The position numbers and the translations under genes are program-made. Below the pieces are notes generated by a model. That model ran no database searches, was not told the origin of the DNA, and saw nothing but the letters and a program-made list of their open reading frames with translations. From Deltaproteobacteria bacterium (GTDB lineage Bacteria; Desulfobacterota; GWC2-55-46; DRQE01), in contig JACRCI010000032.1 in the NCBI GenBank assembly GCA_016219105.1, positions 1-53,523 on the forward strand: DNA of 53,523 bases. Direction: 5' to 3'. Positions 35,080 to 43,089 of this stretch are shown here, in pieces. Each line of letters begins with the position of its first letter. Within the stretch, counting starts at the first letter, position 1.

Positions 35080-36285
35080 TTGAAGAGGATATATTTCGAC
35101 CATAACGCGACCACCCCGGTACAGGCAGAGGTCTTCGAGGCCATGTTGCCTTTCCTCAGAGACGAGTGGGGCAACCCCTCGAGCATCCACTGGGCCGGAA
35201 GGGCGCCCAGGAAGGCGGTTGAGGAGGCTCGCGATAAGGTATGCCGGTTTCTGAACTGTTCCGCGGCCGAGCTCATATTCACGAGTTCCGGCTCTGAAAG
35301 CGACAACCTCGCCATAAAGGGGACGGCATTCGCGAAAAAGTCAAAGGGCAATCACATAATCACCACAAAGGTCGAACACCCGGCCGTCCTCAATACCTGC
35401 AAGTACCTCGAAAGGGAGGGCTTCGAGGTCACCTATCTCGGTGTTGACGCCGACGGCATGCTGAGCCTGGACGAACTCAGGGCCGCCATAAGGCCCCAGA
35501 CGATACTCATAACGATAATGTACGTCAATAACGAAACAGGCGTTATCTTCCCGGTGGACGAGATAGGCAAGATTGCCGAGGTTCACGCGGTGACGTTCCA
35601 CACGGACGCGGTGCAGGCCGCCGGCAAGCTTCCCCTTGACGTGAAGCTGTTGAGGTGCGACCTTTTGAGCATCTCAGGACACAAGCTCTACGCGCCAAAG
35701 GGCGTGGGCGCGCTCTACGTCAAAAAGGGGGCGAGGCTTATCCCCCTTATCCACGGCGGCCACCACGAAAGGAATCGCAGGGGCGGCACGGAAAACGTAA
35801 GCGGCATCGCCGGGCTGGGTCGCGCCTGCGAGATAGCCGCAAGGGATATGGATAAAGAAACGGAGCGTCTTGGAAGACTTAAACACCGGCTGGAGCGCGG
35901 GCTTATGGACAGGATACCGCACGTAAAGCTGAACGGACATTCTGAAAAGAGGATAGCCAACACCGCCAATCTGAGTTTCGAGTTCGTCGAGGGGGAAAGC
36001 CTGCTCCTGAACCTCGATATGATAGGTATCGCCGCCTCAAGCGGTTCCGCGTGCACATCGGGTTCGCTCGAGCCTTCCCACGTGCTCGTCTCCATGGGCC
36101 TTACCCCGGAGATTTCGCACGGCTCGGTGAGGTTCAGCCTCGGCAGGGCCAATACGGAGGAGGAAGTTGATTACCTTATAGAAAAGATGCCGCCCATTGT
36201 CGAGAGGATGAGAGGCATGTCCCCGCTCTGGAATGAGGCCGAGAAAAAAGGGGCATTGATAGACTTTGAGAAAAAGAGCTGCTGA
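35080..36285 (+). CDS. nifS: cysteine desulfurase (NifS/IscS, PLP-dependent), TTG start
   Basis: IYFDHNATTP, SGHKLYAPKGVGALY (PLP Lys) and SSGSACTSG (active Cys). AAAGGAGG SD upstream. Confidence 0.95.
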   Translation: MKRIYFDHNATTPVQAEVFEAMLPFLRDEWGNPSSIHWAGRAPRKAVEEARDKVCRFLNCSAAELIFTSSGSESDNLAIKGTAFAKKSKGNHIITTKVEHPAVLNTCKYLEREGFEVTYLGVDADGMLSLDELRAAIRPQTILITIMYVNNETGVIFPVDEIGKIAEVHAVTFHTDAVQAAGKLPLDVKLLRCDLLSISGHKLYAPKGVGALYVKKGARLIPLIHGGHHERNRRGGTENVSGIAGLGRACEIAARDMDKETERLGRLKHRLERGLMDRIPHVKLNGHSEKRIANTANLSFEFVEGESLLLNLDMIGIAASSGSACTSGSLEPSHVLVSMGLTPEISHGSVRFSLGRANTEEEVDYLIEKMPPIVERMRGMSPLWNEAEKKGALIDFEKKSC

Positions 36286-36382
36286 TTACAAACGGAGGGC
36301 TTTGAGAACCCCCATCAGATATAGGCGATAACCGGTTCGTTCTAAAGGCAAAACACCGAATAACGGAAGGAAAGAGGGGAAT

Positions 36383-36754
36383 ATGTACAGTGAAAAAGTA
36401 ATGGACCATTTCTCAAACCCCCGCAACGTCGGCGAGCTCGAAAATCCGAGCGGCGTTGGCACGGTCGGCAACCCGGCCTGCGGCGATATAATGAAGCTGA
36501 CCATAAAGGTCGAAAACGACAGGATAACGGACGTCAAGTTCAAGACCTTCGGCTGCGGGGCCGCCATTGCCACCAGTTCCATGGTGACGGAACTGGTGAA
36601 GGGCAAGTCGCTGGATGAGGCCGAGAAGATATCCAATTCCACGGTGGCCGAAGCCCTCGATGGACTGCCGCCGGTAAAGATGCACTGTTCTAACCTCGCG
36701 GCCGACGCCCTGCATGCCGCGATAGAGGATTACAGGGGTAAACTGAAGGCGTAA
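36383..36754 (+). CDS. iscU: Fe-S cluster assembly scaffold IscU/NifU N-terminal type
   Basis: NPACGD, FGCGAAIA and MHCSNLA cysteine motifs. Confidence 0.95.
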   Translation: MYSEKVMDHFSNPRNVGELENPSGVGTVGNPACGDIMKLTIKVENDRITDVKFKTFGCGAAIATSSMVTELVKGKSLDEAEKISNSTVAEALDGLPPVKMHCSNLAADALHAAIEDYRGKLKA

Positions 36755-36824
36755 CGCCGGCGCGTTTGAGCCTGCCTCCGGGTTTGTGCATCATGGGTAT
36801 AGGGTATCTATCCGGGGGGCGGAT

Positions 36825-36928
36825 GGGAATGAACCTCCCCGCAACTTGGCTTTGGGGTATCGAAGACTTTTATGCTGAAAAAGTCTCGAAGCAAATTTCG
36901 GGGAATTAAACCCCGAACGGGGATTAAA
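36825..36928 (+). repeat. modular repeat family B, copy 2 (iscU-mnmA spacer)
   Basis: See 33465..33590. Confidence 0.9.
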
Positions 36929-36952
36929 AAAGAGTTTATGGTATAATCTTCC

Positions 36953-36979
36953 GGCGGGCAAAAGCCCGCCTCTTTTTTA
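36953..36979 (+). terminator. rho-independent terminator after the isc operon
   Basis: GGCGGGC-AAAA-GCCCGCC followed by TCTTTTTTAT. Confidence 0.6.
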
Positions 36980-36991
36980 TGGGAAGGATCA

Positions 36992-37054
36992 CCGTCGAGG
37001 ACGGCTGGTTGGCCGTCGAGGACGGAGTGCCGGCCGTCGAGGACGGCTATCGAG
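36992..37054. repeat. 21-nt repeat family, 3 tandem units (spacer upstream of mnmA)
   Basis: CCGTCGAGGACGGCTGGTTGG / CCGTCGAGGACGGAGTGCCGG / CCGTCGAGGACGGCTATCGAG. Confidence 0.9.
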
Positions 37055-37084
37055 TATGAGCCGGGAAAGGGTGTTTGTCGTCCG

Positions 37085-38173
37085 ATGAACGGAAAAAAGG
37101 TGGTAGTTGCGATGAGCGGCGGGGTTGATTCCTCGACCGCGGCCGCGCTTTTAAAAGACCAGGGCTTTGAGGTCATAGGCATGTCCATGCAGCTCTGGGA
37201 TTATTCGGAACGCGGGGCCCGGGACACGGCCGGAAGCTGCTGTTCTCTCGACGACGTCTACGACGCAAGAAGGGTCGCCGACACGCTCGATATACCGTTT
37301 TACGTGGTGAACATGGAGGAGGTCTTCTCAAGGGAGGTAGTTGATTATTTCGTCGGGAGTTACCTCAAGGGCTTTACCCCTAATCCCTGCATAAAGTGTA
37401 ATGACGTCATGAAGTTCGACGTGCTGCTGCGCAAGAGCATGGAGATAGGGGCCGGCTATCTCGCTACCGGCCACTACGCGAGGATACGGAGGGAGGCCGG
37501 CGCATGCCGCCTCTTGAAGGCCGATGACGCGGCAAAGGACCAGTCGTATTTCCTTTTTACCATGACGCAGGATAGGTTGAAAAGGGTCCTTTTTCCGCTC
37601 GGCTCCCTTACAAAAGACGAGGTGAGGGGCTGCGCGAAAAAGTTCGGCCTCGGCGTTGCGGAAAAACGGGAGAGTCAGGAGATATGCTTTGTGGAGGACG
37701 GACATTACTCCGACCTTATCTCAACGAGGGCCGGCGCCCGGCATGCCTCTCGTCCGGGCGATATAGTGGACAGGCTCGGTGCCCCGCTCGGCTCTCACAA
37801 CGGGCTTTTCAGATATACGATAGGGCAGAGAAGGGGGCTCGACATAAAAGACGGCCAAGGGCCGTACTACGTGGTCGGCATGGATCTCCCCGCAAACCGC
37901 CTGATAGTGGGAAAGGAGGATGAACTCCTCTCACGCGGGCTTTTAGCGAACGGGGTGACATGGATAACGGACGGCCCCGAGGACGGGGAGGGCGTTGACG
38001 TAAAGATACGCTACAGGCACGAGCCGGCCCGGGCTGTTATTTCGCGCCGGGGCAACGACGTTCGGGTTATGTTTTCAACCCCGCAGAAATCCGTAACGCC
38101 CGGGCAGGCCGCGGTGTTTTACCGGGGGGAGGAGGTCCTGGGGGGCGGATGGATAGAGAGGGCGATAGGGTGA
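37085..38173 (+). CDS. mnmA: tRNA 2-thiouridine(34) synthase MnmA
   Basis: VVVAMSGGVDSS PP-loop, NPC..CN, and KDQSYFL motifs. Confidence 0.95.
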   Translation: MNGKKVVVAMSGGVDSSTAAALLKDQGFEVIGMSMQLWDYSERGARDTAGSCCSLDDVYDARRVADTLDIPFYVVNMEEVFSREVVDYFVGSYLKGFTPNPCIKCNDVMKFDVLLRKSMEIGAGYLATGHYARIRREAGACRLLKADDAAKDQSYFLFTMTQDRLKRVLFPLGSLTKDEVRGCAKKFGLGVAEKRESQEICFVEDGHYSDLISTRAGARHASRPGDIVDRLGAPLGSHNGLFRYTIGQRRGLDIKDGQGPYYVVGMDLPANRLIVGKEDELLSRGLLANGVTWITDGPEDGEGVDVKIRYRHEPARAVISRRGNDVRVMFSTPQKSVTPGQAAVFYRGEEVLGGGWIERAIG

Positions 38174-39588
38174 TGGAAAAACGAGATACATCCGCCGGCC
38201 CCTGGCGGGGCAAGGTTGCCGTAACCACTCTCGGATGCCGGGTAAACCAGTACGACTCATCCGCGATAGAGGATCGCCTGACGGAGGAGGGTTTCTCCAC
38301 CGTGCCTTTTTCCCCGGCGGCGGACGCGTATATCATCAATACGTGCACGGTCACGGGCAGGACCGACAATCAATCGCGCCAGCTCATCCGCATGGCGCGG
38401 CGGATGAACCCCTCTTCCATCGTCATCGTCACGGGCTGTTACGCGCAGGTGTCTCCCCGGGATGTGGCCGCCATCGAAGGGGTTGACTATATACTCGGAA
38501 ACCCGGAAAAAGACCTTGCCGTCGAGTGCATAAAAAAAGGAAGGCCCCCGTCCGGCCCGGTCAGCATCGTCGGCCAGTGGCAAAGGGGCGTTCCCCTTGG
38601 GCTCAGGGCCGCCATCCCGCGCGCAAGGACAAGGGCCAACCTGAAGGTGCAGGACGGGTGCGACATGGCATGCTCATACTGCGCGATACCCATGGCCAGG
38701 GGTTTTTCAAAGAGCGTGGCGCATCCCGATATTCTAAGGGAGATAGAGGCTCTCGTTGAAAGAGGGTTCAGGGAGATTATCCTTACCGGCGTACACCTCG
38801 GCGCGTATGGGGCCGACTTAAGCCCTAAACTTACTTTAGCCGCCCTTGTAAGGGAGATTGAAAAAAGAAATTATCCCTGCCGGTTCAGGCTCAGCTCGCT
38901 CGACCCGGACGAGGTCACCGATGAACTCATAGAGATACTCGCCGGGGCCTCGTCCGTATGCAACCACCTGCACCTGCCCCTCCAGAGCGGGGACGACGGG
39001 ATATTGAAGCTTATGAGGCGGCCGTACACGGCCGGCCGTTTCAGAGATACGGTTCTTAAGCTCCATGAAAAAGTCCGGGGGATTTCCATAGGCGCCGACG
39101 TCATGGCCGGGTTTCCGGGCGAGGGGGAGGAGGAATTCGCAAACACGTATAATCTGATAAGGGATCTGCCGGTATCCTATCTCCACATATTCCCGTATTC
39201 AAGGCGAAAGGGCACGCCCGCGTCGGCATACCCGTTCGCTCTCGACCCCGGTGAAATAAGGACGCGCTGCGACGCGCTCCGCGAACTGGACGGACGGAAA
39301 AGGGAGGAATTCTACGCAAGCTTTCTCTCCGAGGAAATGGACGTCCTCGTCGAGGGGCGGAGGGACAGGAAGACCGGGCTTTTAAAAGGCAGGACGCGGA
39401 ACTACATCCCGGTCCTCATCGAAGGTGACGACGGGTTGAAGACAAGGGAAGTAAAGGCGCGTCTTTATAAGGTCACGGAAACCGGCGTGGCCGGCTGGTT
39501 GGCCGTCGAGGCCGGCTGGTTGGCCGTAGAGACCGGCCGTTTGGCCGTCGAGACCGGCTGGTTGGCCGCAATGCCCGGAAAGACATGA
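38173..39588 (+). CDS. mtaB: radical SAM methylthiotransferase, MtaB type (UPF0004 + radical SAM + TRAM), with a repeat-encoded C-terminal tail
   Basis: VAVTTLGCRVNQYDS N-domain and CDMACSYC radical SAM cluster. The start ATG at 38173 overlaps the mnmA TGA. The tracked ORF starts 24 nt earlier. Confidence 0.85.
   Translation: MEKRDTSAGPWRGKVAVTTLGCRVNQYDSSAIEDRLTEEGFSTVPFSPAADAYIINTCTVTGRTDNQSRQLIRMARRMNPSSIVIVTGCYAQVSPRDVAAIEGVDYILGNPEKDLAVECIKKGRPPSGPVSIVGQWQRGVPLGLRAAIPRARTRANLKVQDGCDMACSYCAIPMARGFSKSVAHPDILREIEALVERGFREIILTGVHLGAYGADLSPKLTLAALVREIEKRNYPCRFRLSSLDPDEVTDELIEILAGASSVCNHLHLPLQSGDDGILKLMRRPYTAGRFRDTVLKLHEKVRGISIGADVMAGFPGEGEEEFANTYNLIRDLPVSYLHIFPYSRRKGTPASAYPFALDPGEIRTRCDALRELDGRKREEFYASFLSEEMDVLVEGRRDRKTGLLKGRTRNYIPVLIEGDDGLKTREVKARLYKVTETGVAGWLAVEAGWLAVETGRLAVETGWLAAMPGKT
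39490..39570. repeat. 21-nt repeat family, about 4 tandem units forming the last ~27 codons of mtaB
   Basis: GCCGGCTGGTTGGCCGTCGAG / GCCGGCTGGTTGGCCGTAGAG / ACCGGCCGTTTGGCCGTCGAG / ACCGGCTGGTTGGCCGCA, encoding AGWLAVE-AGWLAVE-TGRLAVE-TGWLAA. Confidence 0.92.
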
Positions 39589-40298
39589 AAAGGGAAGCCC
39601 TGCTTAAAAAATTCAAAGAAGGCCTGGCTTTTGCCTTCAAAGACCAGTCGCTCGCGGAGGCCGTTTTTGTCCATACCTCGTATCTGAACGAGAAGGAGGG
39701 GCGAGGGCTTAGATCCAACGAGAGGCTCGAGTTCCTCGGGGACGCGGTACTGTCCTCTGCCGTAAGCCATCTCCTGTTCGAAAGGTTCCCGGATATGAAC
39801 GAAGGTGAGATGACCGCCATAAGGGCGAGGCTCATAAACAGGAGAACCCTTGCGATGCTTTCAAAGGAACTGGGCCTGGGGCCGCTCATGCTCCTGGGCA
39901 AGGGGGAGCGCGCCGGCGGCGGGGCTGAAAACCCGACGATACTTTCGGACGCGTTCGAGGCCCTTATCGCGGCGGCTTATATGGACCAAGGCTATCCCGC
40001 GGTTTTTTCGTTCGTAAAAGGCGTTTTTACTCCTCTTATGGAGGCGTCTTCCATTGGGTCCGGGCATTTTGATTTCAAGCCGCGGCTTCAGGAACTCGCG
40101 CAGAGGCATTTTAAAGAGGCGCCGGTTTACAGGCTCGTCAAGGAGACCGGGCCGGCGCACCGCAGGCTCTTTTCGGTAGAGGCCGTTATCGCCGGTACGG
40201 TTTTGGGCAGGGCCGCGGGGACGACCAAAAAGGACGCGGAACAGCTCTCGGCGCGCCAGGCCCTGGAGACCCTTAAACAGAGGGGTTACGAGATATGA
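39585..40298 (+). CDS. rnc: ribonuclease III
   Basis: ERLEFLGDAVL signature and a C-terminal dsRBD (GPAH...F.V...). ATGA overlap with mtaB. Confidence 0.95.
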   Translation: MKREALLKKFKEGLAFAFKDQSLAEAVFVHTSYLNEKEGRGLRSNERLEFLGDAVLSSAVSHLLFERFPDMNEGEMTAIRARLINRRTLAMLSKELGLGPLMLLGKGERAGGGAENPTILSDAFEALIAAAYMDQGYPAVFSFVKGVFTPLMEASSIGSGHFDFKPRLQELAQRHFKEAPVYRLVKETGPAHRRLFSVEAVIAGTVLGRAAGTTKKDAEQLSARQALETLKQRGYEI

Positions 40299-40301
40299 TC
40301 C

Positions 40302-41171
40302 ATGGCGCGTAAAAAACAGCTCATAATCCCGGTCTTCATACCCTTCGGTGGATGTCCGCACCGCTGCATTTTCTGCGATCAGGAGGGCATAACAGGCGCA
40401 TCAACCCTGCCGGCGAACGCGGACGTCGTCCGTACGGTCGAAAGGTATCTGGCGACATGGAACGATGGAAACCGGGGGAGGAGCAACATGAAAAAGGAGA
40501 TAGCGTTTTACGGCGGGAGTTTTACCGCCCTGCCGCCGGATGCGCAGGAGGGGTATCTGAAGACGGCCCATGGATTTGTCTTAAGCGGCAGGGTGGATTC
40601 TCTTCGCGTCTCGACGCGGCCCGACTGCATAAGCCGGGATTCCCTTCGCCTTTTGAAACGCTACGGAGCCGGGACAATCGAACTCGGCGTCCAGTCGCTT
40701 TCGGACGAGGTGCTGAGGCTTTCGGGCAGGGGCCATACTTCTTGCGATACGGTAAGGGCCGTTGCCATGATAAAACTTTCCGGCATGAGGGTGGGTATGC
40801 AGCTCATGCCGGGCCTGCCGGGAGATACCGAGGACTCCATAGTGGAGACCGCGGAGAAGGCCGTCGGGTTGAGGCCCGACCTTGTGAGGCTTTACCCGAC
40901 ACTCGTGATAAAAGACACGCCCCTCCACAAAATGTATCTCGACGGCAGATATGCGCCGTGGGGCCTCGGTGAAATGGTCGGCGTTTTAAGGAGAGTCCTT
41001 GCCCTTTTTGAGGAGGCCGGGATACCGGTTGCGCGGGTGGGGCTTCACCCGTCAGGGGAACTCGAGAGGTCCATTGTGGCCGGGCCGTATCATCCGTCGT
41101 TGAGGGCCTTCGTAAAGCAGGGTAATGGGAAGACCCGAGATGCCGTTATTGCCGAAGGAGCGGGCCGTTAA
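40302..41171 (+). CDS. radical SAM protein, ELP3-like core without an acetyltransferase domain
   Basis: IPVFIPFGGCPHRCIFCDQ (CxxxCxxC close to the N-terminus). About 289 aa. Starts 3 nt after rnc. Confidence 0.7.
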   Translation: MARKKQLIIPVFIPFGGCPHRCIFCDQEGITGASTLPANADVVRTVERYLATWNDGNRGRSNMKKEIAFYGGSFTALPPDAQEGYLKTAHGFVLSGRVDSLRVSTRPDCISRDSLRLLKRYGAGTIELGVQSLSDEVLRLSGRGHTSCDTVRAVAMIKLSGMRVGMQLMPGLPGDTEDSIVETAEKAVGLRPDLVRLYPTLVIKDTPLHKMYLDGRYAPWGLGEMVGVLRRVLALFEEAGIPVARVGLHPSGELERSIVAGPYHPSLRAFVKQGNGKTRDAVIAEGAGR

Positions 41172-41251
41172 CCCCTGACGGGATGCGGAAAAACCCCGTC
41201 CCTGCGGCGGTAAATTGCAAAAATCGCCTGTTTTTGTTATTCTATTCTACT

Positions 41252-42082
41252 ATGTTGAGAGATTTTCCGCTTCAGGTAAGGATAGAGAACACCAACCTCT
41301 GCAACGCCTTCTGCACGATGTGTCCGCGCGAGCAGCTCTCAAGGCCGCGCGGGACCATGGACATGCCCCTTTATACCAGGGTCGTAAGGGAACTCGCCTC
41401 GGGGGGCATTAAGGAACTCCATCTGCAGGGATACGGCGAGCCGTTCATAGACAAGACCATAATAGAAAAGATAAGGCTCGCGAAGGAGTGCGCCGTACCG
41501 TATACGTTCATGGTGACGAACGCCTCCCTCCTTACCGAATCCGTATGCAGGGAGCTTCTCGACTCGGGGCTCGATAAGCTCAAGATAAGCTTTTACGGCC
41601 TGACGAAAGGAGAATACGAGAGCGTGCACAGGGGGCTGTCATTTGAAGAGGTTGCGAGGAACGTGGAGGGGCTTGTAAGGCTCAAAAAAAAGCTCGGACG
41701 GAAAACCCCGGTCATATCCTTGAAATACATCGGTAAGTTCTCCAAGTTCCTGCTCTTCACCTTCCGGTGGGGTTTAAAGACCCAGGTCTCCTACGCGAGG
41801 CTCCACAACTACGGCTACGGGAGGAAGTTCAACGACCCGAAAACAAATAAAAAGAACCGCACCTGTCCCATAGTCACCAGGCCCATAATGCAGGTGTTGT
41901 GGGACGGGCTGGTCGTGCCGTGCTGTTACGATTTCGACGGCAGGATGGTTTTAGGAGACCTGTCCAGGCAGTCCGTCCGCGAGGTCTGGAACGGCGAGAG
42001 GTACGGTAGGTTCAGGGAGATACACAGGAAAAGGGAATATGCGAAACTGTCCGTGTGTCTCCATTGCGACAAACTGAGATGA
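41252..42082 (+). CDS. radical SAM protein with SPASM/twitch-like Cys-rich C-terminus, paralogue 1
   Basis: CNAFCTMC cluster motif, GEPF, C-terminal CPIV...WDGLVVPCCYDFDG...CLHC. The start at 41252 is chosen over the tracked 41183 by alignment with the paralogues. Confidence 0.8.
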   Translation: MLRDFPLQVRIENTNLCNAFCTMCPREQLSRPRGTMDMPLYTRVVRELASGGIKELHLQGYGEPFIDKTIIEKIRLAKECAVPYTFMVTNASLLTESVCRELLDSGLDKLKISFYGLTKGEYESVHRGLSFEEVARNVEGLVRLKKKLGRKTPVISLKYIGKFSKFLLFTFRWGLKTQVSYARLHNYGYGRKFNDPKTNKKNRTCPIVTRPIMQVLWDGLVVPCCYDFDGRMVLGDLSRQSVREVWNGERYGRFREIHRKREYAKLSVCLHCDKLR

Positions 42083-43089
42083 CAAGCGGCGCCCCTAATA
42101 TCCTTATAGTCAAGTATTCGTCCCTCGGGGACGTCGTCAACGCCGTCCCGGCCGTAAACCTCTTGAGGCGCGAGCGCCCGAAGGCGCTGGTTTACTGGCT
42201 CCTCAGAAAAGAATACGCGGGCCTGATCTCCGCAAACCCCTGCGTGGACGGGGTTATCGTCTACGAAAGGGGAGGGTTCCGCGACGTCGTGAAAAAGATA
42301 CGCGCGCTTAAAATAGACGTTGCCATTGACCTTCAGGGGCTTTTTAAAAGCGGGCTCATAGGGTATCTGTCCGGCGCGAAGACGCGGGTGTCGTTTCCCC
42401 ACACGAGGGAGGGAAGTTCCGTTTTCTACACGCAGAGGCTTGGGCTTAAAAGGGAGGGCGTCCACGCCGTCATGGAAAACCTCTCCGTCATAGAGGAGTT
42501 TACAGGCAAAAGATGCGGCAGCGGGCATGTATCCGGCATTTCTTTAAACGGCGCGGCCACGGAAAAGGCGGCCCTCCTTATTGGAGGCGGGGTTCCCTTT
42601 GTGGCGGTCTCCCCGACATCGAGGTGGCGGACCAAGATGTGGGGGCAGGGTGCGTTTACGAGCCTCGCGGACATGCTGATAGAGAACTCCGGCGTGCGGG
42701 TGTTTTTCACCGGCGCGGACAGCGACCGCGGATATATAGAGGGCATACTGAAAGGGATGAAACACCAGGCGATAAACCTTGCCGGCAGGACGGATCTGAA
42801 GACGCTGGCCGGGGTTTTCAGGGCCGCGAGGCTTGTCGTGAGCTGTGATTCAGGCTCCATGCATCTGGCGTCAGCCGTGGGAGCGCCCGTTGTGGCCGTT
42901 TTCGGCCCGACCGACCCGCGCTATACGGGGCCTTTTGGAAAGAACTCGCTCGTCGTTACCGCGCCCGTTGACTGCTCGCCCTGCCGCAAAAGGAACTGCG
43001 GCGATATGAAGTGCATGGCCCGTGTCACCCCTGAGATGGTCTTTGACGGGGCGAGGAGGTTCCTTGGTGAAAAATATGAGCGCGCTTAA
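42079..43089 (+). CDS. GT9 family glycosyltransferase, WaaC-like heptosyltransferase
   Basis: ILIVKYSSLGDVVNAVPA N-terminus, DLQGLFKSG, and C-terminal DSGSMHLASAVGAPVVAVFGPT. ATGA overlap with paralogue 1. Confidence 0.85.
   Translation: MTSGAPNILIVKYSSLGDVVNAVPAVNLLRRERPKALVYWLLRKEYAGLISANPCVDGVIVYERGGFRDVVKKIRALKIDVAIDLQGLFKSGLIGYLSGAKTRVSFPHTREGSSVFYTQRLGLKREGVHAVMENLSVIEEFTGKRCGSGHVSGISLNGAATEKAALLIGGGVPFVAVSPTSRWRTKMWGQGAFTSLADMLIENSGVRVFFTGADSDRGYIEGILKGMKHQAINLAGRTDLKTLAGVFRAARLVVSCDSGSMHLASAVGAPVVAVFGPTDPRYTGPFGKNSLVVTAPVDCSPCRKRNCGDMKCMARVTPEMVFDGARRFLGEKYERA

Noticed and set aside
36939-36947. Extended -10-like TGGTATAAT between repeat B copy 2 and the terminator hairpin
   Set aside because: There is no -35 element. 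It is followed immediately by a strong terminator and then more than 100 nt of repeats. Sequence alone cannot distinguish a promoter or attenuator from chance.
39490-39570. Tandem 21-nt repeats as a possible CRISPR array
   Set aside because: The units are directly adjacent with no spacers, are too short, lie inside an ORF, and no cas genes are present.
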